From NCBI GenBank assembly GCA_948469315.1, contig CAOKLQ010000002.1, forward strand, positions 1,694 through 65,693: a stretch of 64,000 nucleotides of DNA. Direction: 5' to 3'. The notes beneath the pieces are model-generated. The model searched no databases. It saw only the letters and a list, made by a program, of their open reading frames with translations, and was not told the origin of the DNA. Source of the DNA: an uncultured Clostridium sp. (GTDB taxonomy: Bacteria > Bacillota > Clostridia > TANB77 > CAG-508). The first letter of the stretch is position 1. Each line of letters begins with the position of its first letter. Positions 40,909 through 51,789 of this stretch are shown piece after piece. Made by a program: the position numbers and the translations under genes.

Positions 40909-42309
40909 TTAATTAAAATCATACTCAAATTCGTTTTCATTTTTAGCATCATTTTTATTTAATTTTTCTTTTAAATTTTCATAATTTTCATAATTTTCAT
41001 AAATTGATAACACATTTTCTGTTACAGCTTTTATACCATTCCAAGCACTTGTTTCAACTTCTATTTCCGATTTATCTTCAAATAATATTGTTGTTATAAA
41101 TATTCCATCAGATCCTTCTTTATCTCTTGTACTTACATCAAAATATTTTATATTTAATTTATCTGTTATTTCTTTATACATAGAAGATAAATGATATAAT
41201 CCTTCATCTTTATCACTTCCATAATCCATTAAGTTTTTTATTTCATTTTCTCTAAAATATTCAATAACTTTTGAAAGAGATAAATCATAATCAGTTGGAA
41301 AATGTTCTTTATAATCTTCAATAAAATCCTCATAGGTTGTAGCTTTCTCTGCTAAACAAATTATATTTGAATTATAATTACTATTAGATTTTGAATGTAA
41401 TTCTAAAGTTTCTTTATCATAATACATATCATCTGTTTCAAAATATAAATGCAAAGTTGCTTCGAACTCATCTAGTTGTTCTAATGAAAAATGATTGAAA
41501 AAGTCAACTATTTTCTCCTTTGATACTGCATATTTTTCAATTAAAGGATAGTGATATTTTACCTTATATCCATATCCAATTTTCTTTAATTCTTCAAAAG
41601 AGATATAAAAATCCCACTCACCTTTTGAATTAAATAGTCCTAAATCTTTCAAATCATAAGCAACTTCATCTTTTATTACAGAATTATATAATTCTTGATA
41701 AACATTATATTCATATACTTCAAAATTCCCATCTAAATAATGTTTATAATTTTGGCTATTTATCTTGCCTTTCTCTTTTAAGTCTATATACTCATCTTCA
41801 ATAAAAATATGTAATATCTTATTATCAATTTCAAGCAGCATTTCTTTTGACATTGTACCTATATATTTTTCACAAACACTTTTATAAAACTTTTCATCTT
41901 CATCAAGTATTTTTATAATATCTTGCATTTCAAATTTTTCTTTTTTACTTATCAAATCAATATATTCTTTTGTATGAATCTCGCTTAATACTTCTGCTAC
42001 TGTATCACTTTCAATATACCTTTTTGTAACTAAATCCCAATCATCTTTTTGTAGTTTTACATTATCATCTTGTTTCATTTCTAGTGGATTATAAACATAG
42101 TCTTGATGATATGAATCTAATCGTTCCATAATATCTGCCAATGTATAAAATTCTTCTTGTTCTATTCCATTTAGATTTCCTTTTTGAATATCATTTAATC
42201 TAAATACATTTTCTAAATCTTTGTTAATATCAATTACTATTTGAAAGTCATATACATTTAACATTTGTCTAAAATATTTTACGATTTTTTCTTTCTTTTT
42301 TTCATCCAT
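40909..42309 (-). CDS. Acidic hypothetical ICE protein
   Basis: Long ORF with RBS; no recognised motif. Confidence 0.75.
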   Translation of the reverse strand: MDEKKKEKIVKYFRQMLNVYDFQIVIDINKDLENVFRLNDIQKGNLNGIEQEEFYTLADIMERLDSYHQDYVYNPLEMKQDDNVKLQKDDWDLVTKRYIESDTVAEVLSEIHTKEYIDLISKKEKFEMQDIIKILDEDEKFYKSVCEKYIGTMSKEMLLEIDNKILHIFIEDEYIDLKEKGKINSQNYKHYLDGNFEVYEYNVYQELYNSVIKDEVAYDLKDLGLFNSKGEWDFYISFEELKKIGYGYKVKYHYPLIEKYAVSKEKIVDFFNHFSLEQLDEFEATLHLYFETDDMYYDKETLELHSKSNSNYNSNIICLAEKATTYEDFIEDYKEHFPTDYDLSLSKVIEYFRENEIKNLMDYGSDKDEGLYHLSSMYKEITDKLNIKYFDVSTRDKEGSDGIFITTILFEDKSEIEVETSAWNGIKAVTENVLSIYENYENYENLKEKLNKNDAKNENEFEYDFN

Positions 42310-42335
42310 TTTAGTAACTCCCTTCTTAAAATTTT

Positions 42336-43112
42336 TCACATATCATTGTTGATTTCAATAGTGTCTTTTAATTCATTTTCTTTTATAATTTCTTGAAACC
42401 ACTCTGTATAATGTTTCTTATTTTCTTGCTCTAATAGATGTAGTTTTTCTCCAGTTTTCATATAACTTTCGTATTTCTTTTTTACATATTCAGAATCTTC
42501 TTTCATAAGATCTTCAATATCTTCTTCATCTGTAAAATAGTCAAACATTCTAAAGTAAACTCTATCAATAATTTCATTAAGTGTAGTGTTTTCATCAAAT
42601 TTAAAAGTATTACATTGTTCATCTTTTATGTTATATTTCCCATCTGGATATTTTGTAATAGACCACTCATAAAAATCTAAAAAGCCATCTAAATCAGATG
42701 TACTTTCTTTATCTTGTAATTCTTTTTCAAAGTTTGTATATTCATAATTCATTTTGAATAAATATTCTTTATTACAAGCTCTTATAAGTTCATCTACATT
42801 TAATATTTTCATTTCACTATCGTAATTCAAATAATCTTTTCTATCTCCCCAAGTAAAGCCTTTACTCCATTGAAATTCAATACAAGTATCATTTCTATTT
42901 CCATTATTTAGTTCTACATAGTGCCAAAACTTACTTTCCGAAAATTCATTGAACTCTTTATCATAACAACAACTTTTTTCAAAATATTCTGCATATTCTT
43001 TTAAAAATCCAACACTTTTCATAAGTTCAATAAATTTAAAAAGATCATCATCATAACTTCGCCTTAATTTTATAACTGCACCAAATGTTAAAAATTCTTC
43101 CATTTCATTCAT
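42336..43112 (-). CDS. Hypothetical ICE protein
   Basis: 258-aa ORF with GGGAGG RBS. Confidence 0.75.
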   Translation of the reverse strand: MNEMEEFLTFGAVIKLRRSYDDDLFKFIELMKSVGFLKEYAEYFEKSCCYDKEFNEFSESKFWHYVELNNGNRNDTCIEFQWSKGFTWGDRKDYLNYDSEMKILNVDELIRACNKEYLFKMNYEYTNFEKELQDKESTSDLDGFLDFYEWSITKYPDGKYNIKDEQCNTFKFDENTTLNEIIDRVYFRMFDYFTDEEDIEDLMKEDSEYVKKKYESYMKTGEKLHLLEQENKKHYTEWFQEIIKENELKDTIEINNDM

Positions 43113-43185
43113 CTTATTTTTTCCTCCCTTCTAGCAAAAAATATAACAACATTCTTTTTTATTGAATGTTGTTATATTTGTAGTT

Positions 43186-44157
43186 TTATCCAAACATTTC
43201 ATCTGTAATATCTACTTCCTTTGTATGATTAAATATTATCTCTTTAGTTTTATTATCATATTTAAAGTCTTTACTTCTATCATCTTCATATAACATATCT
43301 AAAAAGATTCTTATTTCATTATCCTTTAAATCTAATTTTTCTAATTTAACAATATCATTTTGAGAATGTTCCTTAAATATATTTTTATTTATAAATTCCT
43401 TATATTTTTCATATACAACAAATTTCTTTTCATAATTCTGCATTTTATAAGCCATTTCATTTTCTTCATAATCCGTTATCCAGGTAATATTCATACTTTC
43501 ACTTTTATAAGTCTTTATTTCTCCTGTTTCTGTATTTTCTACTGTAATTTTATATGAAGGATAATCATCATTTGTTATATTAAAATCCAAATATATTTCT
43601 GTAAAATGTTCCATACCTATCATTTTAACTAAAGGATTTGACAGTCCAATTTTTTCTTTAAATTCTTTAAAAATAACCAATTTATCTTTATGAGATAAAT
43701 TTTTATTATTTCTTATTCCCTGCATAAAATTACTAACATCTCTAACCTTTTGACTTAAATCTTTATAATCTTTATTTTCTCCATAATCTATTTTATAGTG
43801 TAATTCGATTTCTGATTTTATAATTTCTGGCTCTTTGTTTTTTATTAAAGCATCAATTACATTTTTATATTTATCATAAGTCCTTTCTACTCCTAAAATA
43901 GTACAATCTCCAATAAAATTTCTTAATGGTGGATCTGCCCAAGCATTACAAAGTGCATAATATTTAGAAGAACTGTTTGGATGATAATTACCAACAATTA
44001 TGTCATACATTAAATGACTATATTTTTCGTGAATATCTTTCCCTTTTATTTCAGATTTAAAATATGTCATAGGAGATACACTACTGTCTGCAAATTGACC
44101 TGTAATCGTTCCTTTTTCTTTGTCTATATCTATATTTTGTATATGATAATAGCTCAT
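43186..44157 (-). CDS. Hypothetical ICE protein
   Basis: 323-aa ORF with GGAGG RBS. Confidence 0.75.
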   Translation of the reverse strand: MSYYHIQNIDIDKEKGTITGQFADSSVSPMTYFKSEIKGKDIHEKYSHLMYDIIVGNYHPNSSSKYYALCNAWADPPLRNFIGDCTILGVERTYDKYKNVIDALIKNKEPEIIKSEIELHYKIDYGENKDYKDLSQKVRDVSNFMQGIRNNKNLSHKDKLVIFKEFKEKIGLSNPLVKMIGMEHFTEIYLDFNITNDDYPSYKITVENTETGEIKTYKSESMNITWITDYEENEMAYKMQNYEKKFVVYEKYKEFINKNIFKEHSQNDIVKLEKLDLKDNEIRIFLDMLYEDDRSKDFKYDNKTKEIIFNHTKEVDITDEMFG

Positions 44158-44174
44158 AATATTTTTCCTCCTTT

Positions 44175-46181
44175 TTAAAAAGCATAATCATAGTCATCAT
44201 AAGTATCTACTGCCTTATTCAAACTATAATTATGCAATATTTCTTTTTCTTTTAAAAATTCTATAAATTTTTCTATTTTCTCATTTATTATTGTTCTTTC
44301 TTCACCTTCTGGATATGCTTTTATTAGTTCTAATTCTCCATCTTTATTTGGTACAAGACCTAAAGCTAATTCTGCGTGCCCACATAAATAATCACTTGTA
44401 TATCCTAATTTATCATATACATAACAAGCAAATGCTCTTGCAAACATTTCTGGATTATTTTGCCAATATCCGTGATCTGTTTTAGCAAACATATCATCAA
44501 AGGTAATAGAATTTTTATAGAAATCTGTTTTTATTTTTTGTGGAGTTCCAATAGCATTTTTCTTTTGCATAGCACTATTCTGTAAGTATGCTAATTGAAT
44601 CCTCTCATCTTTAGGAATAACTCTACCAACAGTTTCTCCTCGTAGTTTTGATAATTCATCAATTTCTTTATTACCTGTTCCTCTTAATCTATATTCTACT
44701 AAATTGTTTGATGCAGATTCCGAATTATCTATTAGTCTTTGTATTAACTCATCTTTTTGTTTTGTTTGTTCCTCGTTTAAATGCTCTTTTGGAAAGAAAG
44801 TATTAACAAAATTTTTCATTCTATTTAATTGCTTTTCATATTCTTCCTTCTGTGATTTTATTGTTTCTTCATTGCAAACTGTTTTATATTTCATAGTTTC
44901 AATCATATCTTTTAATACTTCTGATGTAGAATCTGAATACCTGTAATTGTCTGTGAAGAATCCTTTATAGCCTAAATTTTTCCCTACAATATCATCTAGT
45001 GCGTGGCTCCATTCGTGAGCTAGACTTCCTGCTCCCTTCATCTTTGTTAAGTTTATTACCTCTCTATCTGGCTCATAATGTGCTAAAGCACTTCCACTTC
45101 CACGAGAGCCAAAAGCAATAGATAAACGATTTCCAAGTGAAATATCATCTGGAGTTATAGATAATGCTTTACTTAAATCCATAAGAGCCTCAAAGCCATA
45201 ATTTAAAGACTGTTGTCTATCATTTTCGTTTAGCCAATTTCCAAACTCTCCACCTTTAAAATTAAAGTTTTTCATCATATCCTCTCCAGTTATATCTTTT
45301 CCATTTCTAACATCATCACCATTACGAGAAATATGTTCAAGTTGTTTAGGAATAAATCCTTTCTTCCTAGTTTTATGAGTTGTTGTTTTAGTATTATCCT
45401 TAAAATTATCCAATATATATTTTTGTGCTTCTTCAATGCTTTCCAAATTGTTGATTACTATCTTTCCATTTTGCATAATGAAGAAAGTATTTTCTTTCCA
45501 AGAATTAGGATTGCTAAATTCTTCTTTTGGATAAATAAAATATATTCCGTATCCTCTTGTTAGTCTTATTACATCTCTGCCATCATATTTGGTAAATTCA
45601 GCATTTTCTTTTGTATATTCAAAAATATTGAATTGTGCTAATGTCTTTTCATCATCAGTATAACAAAATTGTTTCTTTTTAATTTCTCTATCTATGTTTA
45701 AGAAATTTTTGATTTGCATCAAATTTAATAACTTACTATCTATACAGTCAGATGCTGTTGGAGATATATCAACAGAATATGAATTTCGGTAAGTAACATA
45801 TTCACTCATAAAATCATTGTAAAAATTCAACACTTCATTTTCTGTAGATAAATTCATAGCATAATCTCTTAATTTTCCTACAAATTCAATATAGCCTTCT
45901 TGCTTTCCTTTTATAGCTTCTGGGCTTTTATCAAAATAAGTAATAACTGGCTTTGTAGGAGTTGCATCTCTTAACAATTTTATAAAATATACTACTCTAA
46001 TAGGTATTCCATTATTAACCATCTCTTGATAATTTGGCTTTTTCCATACATTATCCTTCTTTATTAACTTGCCTTTTTCTGCATCGTTCATCTCCAGTAA
46101 ATCATCAATCATAAGTCCTCTATCTTTCCAAAGGTCTTTTTTAGCACCTCCAATTTTTTCTCCAAAATCTTGTAATCCCAT
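44175..46181 (-). CDS. Large polyvalent-protein-associated domain protein (LPD5/LPD1-like, zincin motif)
   Basis: N-terminal DFGEKIGGAKKD; GGEFGNW; GAGSLAHEWSHALD; EMFARAF..YV. Confidence 0.75.
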   Translation of the reverse strand: MGLQDFGEKIGGAKKDLWKDRGLMIDDLLEMNDAEKGKLIKKDNVWKKPNYQEMVNNGIPIRVVYFIKLLRDATPTKPVITYFDKSPEAIKGKQEGYIEFVGKLRDYAMNLSTENEVLNFYNDFMSEYVTYRNSYSVDISPTASDCIDSKLLNLMQIKNFLNIDREIKKKQFCYTDDEKTLAQFNIFEYTKENAEFTKYDGRDVIRLTRGYGIYFIYPKEEFSNPNSWKENTFFIMQNGKIVINNLESIEEAQKYILDNFKDNTKTTTHKTRKKGFIPKQLEHISRNGDDVRNGKDITGEDMMKNFNFKGGEFGNWLNENDRQQSLNYGFEALMDLSKALSITPDDISLGNRLSIAFGSRGSGSALAHYEPDREVINLTKMKGAGSLAHEWSHALDDIVGKNLGYKGFFTDNYRYSDSTSEVLKDMIETMKYKTVCNEETIKSQKEEYEKQLNRMKNFVNTFFPKEHLNEEQTKQKDELIQRLIDNSESASNNLVEYRLRGTGNKEIDELSKLRGETVGRVIPKDERIQLAYLQNSAMQKKNAIGTPQKIKTDFYKNSITFDDMFAKTDHGYWQNNPEMFARAFACYVYDKLGYTSDYLCGHAELALGLVPNKDGELELIKAYPEGEERTIINEKIEKFIEFLKEKEILHNYSLNKAVDTYDDYDYAF

Positions 46182-46186
46182 ATAAA

Positions 46187-47188
46187 TTACACCTCCATAT
46201 CAATATTATTTTTGTTATTTTTTGTAGTTTCTTTTTCTAATTCATTTTTCATAAACTTTTGAGCAACTATTTCATTGTATTTTGTTAAAAAGTTATCTGA
46301 TAAATCATTCAGTTTTTCTTCATAATTTTCAAAATCTTCTAATGATTCTTTTATCGAAAAAGCCTCTTTGTATCTTTTATCTTGCCTATAAATATCAATT
46401 TCTTCATCTATTGAGAAATTATCTATCATTTCTTCAAGTTCATTCTTTACTTTTTCTCTATCATATATATCTTGATAATTGTCAAAAAAATAAATGGTAT
46501 GAATCATATCAACTCCACCATTAGTCCAAGTTTCAAATTCAATACCATTATTCATTCCATTTTCACTTAATAAACTCACTTTAAAGCCAAAACTTTCAAA
46601 TACTTTTATTATATTATCTAATGTATTTTTTTCTTTTCTTGTAGGGATATATTCTTTTGTGTTTAATATATCAATTTTTATGTTGTTATCTACTTCCTTT
46701 TTTATATTATTGATACATTTATCATAATCTGTAATTAAAATTTGATTAGGTTTTAAAACATAATTCCCATTACTGCATACAATAGTTATATCCTCATTTG
46801 AAAGATTTTTTATATAATTACTATCACTTCTATCTATATATTCTCCATTATCATCCTTAAAAAACTTAAATTGATTATCTGTTTGAGCATATTCAAAATA
46901 TTCTATACCATCTTTATCAATATATGGTGTTTTTTGTTCTTCTGGAGAGTATGTCATAATTTCAGCATAATACTTAAAATATCTATTATCAAAATCTCTA
47001 ATCATCTTATCAAATAGTAATGGATCTTTTAAATTTTTTAACATATCGTAAATTACTTTACCAAGACACTTAAATTCCATTTCATTATTGAATCCTGTTG
47101 ATTTTTGTACTTGAAACTTATTATCTTTATTCTTTGTTATAATAAAAGCAGTTCCTGTGTGCATTTTCTTTTCCTCCCTATATCTCAA
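46187..47188 (-). CDS. Hypothetical ICE protein
   Basis: 333-aa ORF in operon. Confidence 0.7.
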   Translation of the reverse strand: MRYREEKKMHTGTAFIITKNKDNKFQVQKSTGFNNEMEFKCLGKVIYDMLKNLKDPLLFDKMIRDFDNRYFKYYAEIMTYSPEEQKTPYIDKDGIEYFEYAQTDNQFKFFKDDNGEYIDRSDSNYIKNLSNEDITIVCSNGNYVLKPNQILITDYDKCINNIKKEVDNNIKIDILNTKEYIPTRKEKNTLDNIIKVFESFGFKVSLLSENGMNNGIEFETWTNGGVDMIHTIYFFDNYQDIYDREKVKNELEEMIDNFSIDEEIDIYRQDKRYKEAFSIKESLEDFENYEEKLNDLSDNFLTKYNEIVAQKFMKNELEKETTKNNKNNIDMEV

Positions 47189-48056
47189 TATTCATATTAT
47201 TTTCAATTTCTTGTTCCGTTTTTTCAAATTCAACTCTTAATTTTGTATATTCATCAATTAAATTTTCTTGTTGTTTAGAATATGGAGATTCTTCCATTTC
47301 TCCTTCTAAATTTCCTGCTTTTCTTTGTTCATTTCTAACTGCTATACCAGCCAAATAAGTTCCAGCAAATGATATGTTAGAAAATCTATTATCTTTATTG
47401 AAGAATTGTAAAAGTTTTGAATCTTCTTTTGTTATTTCTTTAAATTTTAAAGTTATATCTCTCATTTTTGCCAATAAATTCTCTTGCTTTATGATATATG
47501 GTCTTTGTAAATCCTTTTCCAATTCTGTAATATTTAATTGTTCCTTTAAATAATCAATAATTTCATCCATTGTATAGCCTGTATCTTCATCTAAATATCC
47601 AGAAATCCATATAAATACAGTTTGATTTCCTTTTGCAATACCTTCTTTAACTGTTCCAAATATTCCATCTGTTAATGTATTTAATGCAAATTCTGGTTTC
47701 CAATCATCTTGTGAATCATTTATTTCTTTTGCTTTATCATTTATTCCTAGAGCAACGCAAGCTGTATCCATACCAATATCAGTTTCTTTAAGTTCAATTC
47801 CTTTAAAATAACTTATAGTACCATTATCTTTTAGTTCACAAATTCTTTTATCTTTATATAAAAACAAATAGAATTCTGTTCCCTTAACAGAAATCTCATC
47901 ATTTATAGGTGTTTCGACTGGATAAATATCAATATCAATTTCCCAATTTCTTTCATTAAGATTATTCTTTTCATATCTGCACCAAACATTTCTTTCATAA
48001 GTTGGATCAGATACAACAATATGATTTAATTCTTTTATTTTACCTTTATATCTCAA
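47178..48056 (-). CDS. Hypothetical ICE protein
   Basis: IVVSDP.Y motif; 292 aa. Confidence 0.7.
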   Translation of the reverse strand: MRYKGKIKELNHIVVSDPTYERNVWCRYEKNNLNERNWEIDIDIYPVETPINDEISVKGTEFYLFLYKDKRICELKDNGTISYFKGIELKETDIGMDTACVALGINDKAKEINDSQDDWKPEFALNTLTDGIFGTVKEGIAKGNQTVFIWISGYLDEDTGYTMDEIIDYLKEQLNITELEKDLQRPYIIKQENLLAKMRDITLKFKEITKEDSKLLQFFNKDNRFSNISFAGTYLAGIAVRNEQRKAGNLEGEMEESPYSKQQENLIDEYTKLRVEFEKTEQEIENNMNIEI

Positions 48057-49092
48057 TTTCTTGTTCCTCCATTTCTATAAATTTAACATCTAAATTACTT
48101 TCAATATTATCTTTCATTTTTTCAAACATTTCCTTATTTTTTTCTATAGCAACCCCATTTCTCTTTTTGTTATAACAAGCTATTACGAAATTGCCACTTC
48201 CTGCATATTGATCCAATAAAGTTTCATAAGGTTTTGAAATGTATTCAATTATCTCCTCTATCAACTCTATTGGCTTTTCTGCTTCCATAATTTTGTTTTT
48301 TGAATTTTTAGGTTGATAATCAAATGCAGTTGGAAGCATCCCAGCAGTTCCTTTCATATAATAAACATCAAGATTATTTTCTTGCAACATATCTCTGACC
48401 TCATAAGATGATTTTCCTTTTACATCTAAATTATTTTCATTTGCTATTGCTAAATTTTTCTTTGCATCTAACTTTAAACTTCTAGGCTCCCCATTGCTAA
48501 AAATCATAACATCTTCAACATTCTTGCTTTTTCTTCCAGTATTAGAAATAAAGTTGCCCTTTTTCCAAGCAACTTTAGCAAAATATTTGAATCCATTTTC
48601 TTGTGCCATTTTCTTAATTTCATATAAGTAATCGAAGTTTACTTCCGATTCCTCTGGTAGAAACTCAACAAGAAAAGCTCCATCTTTTAATACCCTTTGT
48701 TTTTCTTTAAAGTCATTACTTTCATATCTAAATAATTCAAATGTAGCAAATTTTCTATTACCACCAGTTAAAGCCTTTTGTAAATCGTATGGATGATCTG
48801 TAATTATACCATCAATGGATTTATCCTTTATCATTGATAAATCTCTACCATCTCCATTTATAAGTAAACAAGTATTATCTTTTCCCTCTATCTGACTTGT
48901 TACTTTATATACACCTCTCGTTATTTTAGTAAATATTCCTTTTTCTACTCCCTCATAAATACGGGCTCGGATTGATTCGTTATTCACTTGCATATTTCTG
49001 ATATTTTTTACTACTTCTGTTGCATCTTTCATAGAAAATTGTTCTTTATCAAAAAAATACTCAAACAAATTCATTTGAATTGTATTATCCAT
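48046..49092 (-). CDS. Orphan N4/N6 DNA methyltransferase (beta-type motif order)
   Basis: IITDHPY (DPPY-like) precedes EKP..L and LDQYAGSG SAM-binding motif. Confidence 0.8.
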   Translation of the reverse strand: MDNTIQMNLFEYFFDKEQFSMKDATEVVKNIRNMQVNNESIRARIYEGVEKGIFTKITRGVYKVTSQIEGKDNTCLLINGDGRDLSMIKDKSIDGIITDHPYDLQKALTGGNRKFATFELFRYESNDFKEKQRVLKDGAFLVEFLPEESEVNFDYLYEIKKMAQENGFKYFAKVAWKKGNFISNTGRKSKNVEDVMIFSNGEPRSLKLDAKKNLAIANENNLDVKGKSSYEVRDMLQENNLDVYYMKGTAGMLPTAFDYQPKNSKNKIMEAEKPIELIEEIIEYISKPYETLLDQYAGSGNFVIACYNKKRNGVAIEKNKEMFEKMKDNIESNLDVKFIEMEEQEIEI

Positions 49093-49102
49093 AATGCACC
49101 TC

Positions 49103-49447
49103 CTAATAGTCATATTCATAATTGTTTTCATCTTTATTTATATCCAAATGTTTCTTTAATTCTTCTCGTTTTATAGTAATAATTTCTCCATTTTCTACTT
49201 TTCTATATGTTGGCGTATTTCTAAAGAAATCTCTAAACACATAATTTTTATAACCTTTATCAATAAAGTATTTTACAATTTTTTTTGCATCTGGATCGTA
49301 ATTTATTGCATTATAGACATCTTCAATAGTTAAGTATTCTTTTGATAGCATTTCAATCAAATCACTTGTTGCTACTGTACTTTCTCCAAATGCTCTTTTT
49401 GTCATTGGTATATACCATTTAACACCTAATTCTTTTTTATATCCCAT
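49103..49447 (-). CDS. Hypothetical ICE protein
   Basis: 114-aa ORF with RBS. Confidence 0.65.
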   Translation of the reverse strand: MGYKKELGVKWYIPMTKRAFGESTVATSDLIEMLSKEYLTIEDVYNAINYDPDAKKIVKYFIDKGYKNYVFRDFFRNTPTYRKVENGEIITIKREELKKHLDINKDENNYEYDY

Positions 49448-49465
49448 ATAACTCCCTCCTATATT

Positions 49466-49933
49466 CTATATTTCTATATCTGTATATTCATTGTCATCTT
49501 TTGTTATCATTTGTTCTTTCTCATAATCTTTTACTTTTTTTTCAAGAGTTTTTTCTAGTGTATCAAGAGTATATGGTGAACTTCTTTCAATACTTCTATT
49601 TCCTATTTCATTATGTCTTATCAATGTTTCAAATACTATTGGAACATCATCTTTGCCTTCGCAGTATTTCTCTCCCTTAAAATATTTAATGTTGTAATAT
49701 TTTGATGGAGTTTCATTAAAATTTTTATTTATTTCATTTGCAGTAGCTCTTATTTTTATTCTACTTTCAGCCATTTGTACTCCTCCTTCATATTTCATAA
49801 TTATAAAAAAAGAGAATGAGTACATAAAAATTATAATACCCATTCTTACTTTCAAATCTTCAAAGCATATTGTTACAAATAACAAAAATGCCAACAACAT
49901 ACTTAATAAAAACATTCTTAATATCTTTTTCAA
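49466..49933 (-). CDS. Hypothetical ICE protein (alternative start 49774)
   Basis: Two possible RBS/start pairs; the longer form has N-terminal TM helices. Confidence 0.5.
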   Translation of the reverse strand: MKKILRMFLLSMLLAFLLFVTICFEDLKVRMGIIIFMYSFSFFIIMKYEGGVQMAESRIKIRATANEINKNFNETPSKYYNIKYFKGEKYCEGKDDVPIVFETLIRHNEIGNRSIERSSPYTLDTLEKTLEKKVKDYEKEQMITKDDNEYTDIEI

Positions 49934-49944
49934 TATAATCACCT

Positions 49945-51786
49945 TTATTGTTTCAATCTTCCAAATCCATAAAAGTTTGGTCCATTCCACCATCCATTAT
50001 TATATTTTCTTATTCTAACTCCAGATGGATTTCCTCCAGTATCTATAACATATTCAGCAGTATCTCCATTGATTGTTAAAGTTCCCATATATATTCCAAT
50101 ATGAGATATACTTCCAGGCTGTCCAGTATCGTATGTATCTTTTAAGAATATTAAATCTCCAGCTTGTCTATCATCTACATTTATAGGATTACAATATCCA
50201 TTATAAATTCCCTGTGCTCCAGTATTTGGTATAGTTATAATTCCTGTGTGAGCAAGACAATGTATAACCCAAGAAGAACAATCATAATAATCCATACATT
50301 CTTCATATTTTAAATTACTGTGATCCATTAAATATCTTTTACCAGCATTTTTTAGAAATTCTTGATATATAGCACTTAATTGTTCATCTCCAATACTTAC
50401 ATTCAAATAAGCATAAGTAGTTTGAAAATCTGCACTAAATAATTCAAAAAATGAATTAGAATTATATAATAATTTTATTTGTTCTATTTCATCATCTGTA
50501 AATTTAGTTTGGTGAGAATCATATTTTACCTTTTTCTTTTTCTTGTAATTGTTAATTACATTAAAATTACTATTACACCAATCAATATAGGAATTTAACG
50601 ATGGGTTACTAACAATCTTCTTGTTTTCTGTAACTGTTACTTTTGTTTTCGTTACTGTTCCATCTCTGTTAGTTGTTTCAATTTCTTTTTCATAGGTATA
50701 AGTTGAATCTGTAATTTTCTCAAACAATCCAGCATCTTTAAATTTCCCAAGTAATTCTTTTTCTGCATCATCAAATGTCAAATCACCATTTAGCATTTGA
50801 ACGATAGAAAGTGGTGCTTTCCAGTTAATCATACCTTTACCTTCTATTGTTCCATCAACTATTTTCCCAGAATTATAAAATTCAACTGTAGTTTTGTCAT
50901 ACTCATTTTGAGTATTTATCATATATGTTTCATAGTTTTTCTTTGTATCTTCACTCATTCCAATACCAAAAAAGCTACAAAAAGCAGCTATAACAACTAT
51001 AATAATAAGAATAGGTGCAATTTCTGGTAGCATAGATAAAATTAGTTTTACTACACTTGCTACTAATTTTACTAATAATTTCATTAACTTAATCATAACA
51101 TTAGTAGTTTTAGATATTACTTGTTTTCCTAACTTCACACTAAATTTGCTTATTTTCTTTGTAGCCTTTTTAGTATATTTAACTGTTTCTTTAGTAATCT
51201 TTTTAGATGTTTTATTAGAAACCTTTTTTATAGCTTTAGTCATTATTCGGCTTGATGTACCTTCAAAAGCAGTTGTTCCATTTTCATTTAATCCTGTGTT
51301 TATATTTTTTCCAGTTCTTATAACCTTTTGAGCAGAATTATTTATAAATTTAGCTCCTTTTATAGCTGTAGCAATCCTTTTAGAAGTTTGTAATTTACTG
51401 TTATTTTTGTTTAGTGCAGTTGCATTTGTGCTATTTTCAGTATTATCTGCTAATACATCTTTATTTTCTGATGCAGTTTGTATTTTATTAGTTTTTATTA
51501 TTTTATTGTGATTATCTTTATTAGTTTGAATTTCATCGTATTGTATAACCTTTGTTGATATTTGTTTTTCATTACTTTCACTATTATTAGTTACTTCTGT
51601 AATATTCTGGACTCCAGTTTCAAGTCTTGAATTATCAACATCACTTTCTGTTATTTTATTTAATTGTTCTGCATACCATTTATTTATATTATCTACACTA
51701 TCTAATGCTAAATTTGTTCCTTTATGAGCATAATCTGTATATTTATTAAGAGAATTTGCTATATCCTTATTATTATCATTTGCCAT
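49945..51786 (-). CDS. Conjugation peptidoglycan hydrolase (NlpC/P60, VirB1-like)
   Basis: TM segment; YDCSSWV...GDLIF...SHIGIY. Confidence 0.85.
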   Translation of the reverse strand: MANDNNKDIANSLNKYTDYAHKGTNLALDSVDNINKWYAEQLNKITESDVDNSRLETGVQNITEVTNNSESNEKQISTKVIQYDEIQTNKDNHNKIIKTNKIQTASENKDVLADNTENSTNATALNKNNSKLQTSKRIATAIKGAKFINNSAQKVIRTGKNINTGLNENGTTAFEGTSSRIMTKAIKKVSNKTSKKITKETVKYTKKATKKISKFSVKLGKQVISKTTNVMIKLMKLLVKLVASVVKLILSMLPEIAPILIIIVVIAAFCSFFGIGMSEDTKKNYETYMINTQNEYDKTTVEFYNSGKIVDGTIEGKGMINWKAPLSIVQMLNGDLTFDDAEKELLGKFKDAGLFEKITDSTYTYEKEIETTNRDGTVTKTKVTVTENKKIVSNPSLNSYIDWCNSNFNVINNYKKKKKVKYDSHQTKFTDDEIEQIKLLYNSNSFFELFSADFQTTYAYLNVSIGDEQLSAIYQEFLKNAGKRYLMDHSNLKYEECMDYYDCSSWVIHCLAHTGIITIPNTGAQGIYNGYCNPINVDDRQAGDLIFLKDTYDTGQPGSISHIGIYMGTLTINGDTAEYVIDTGGNPSGVRIRKYNNGWWNGPNFYGFGRLKQ

Positions 51787-51789
51787 AGT

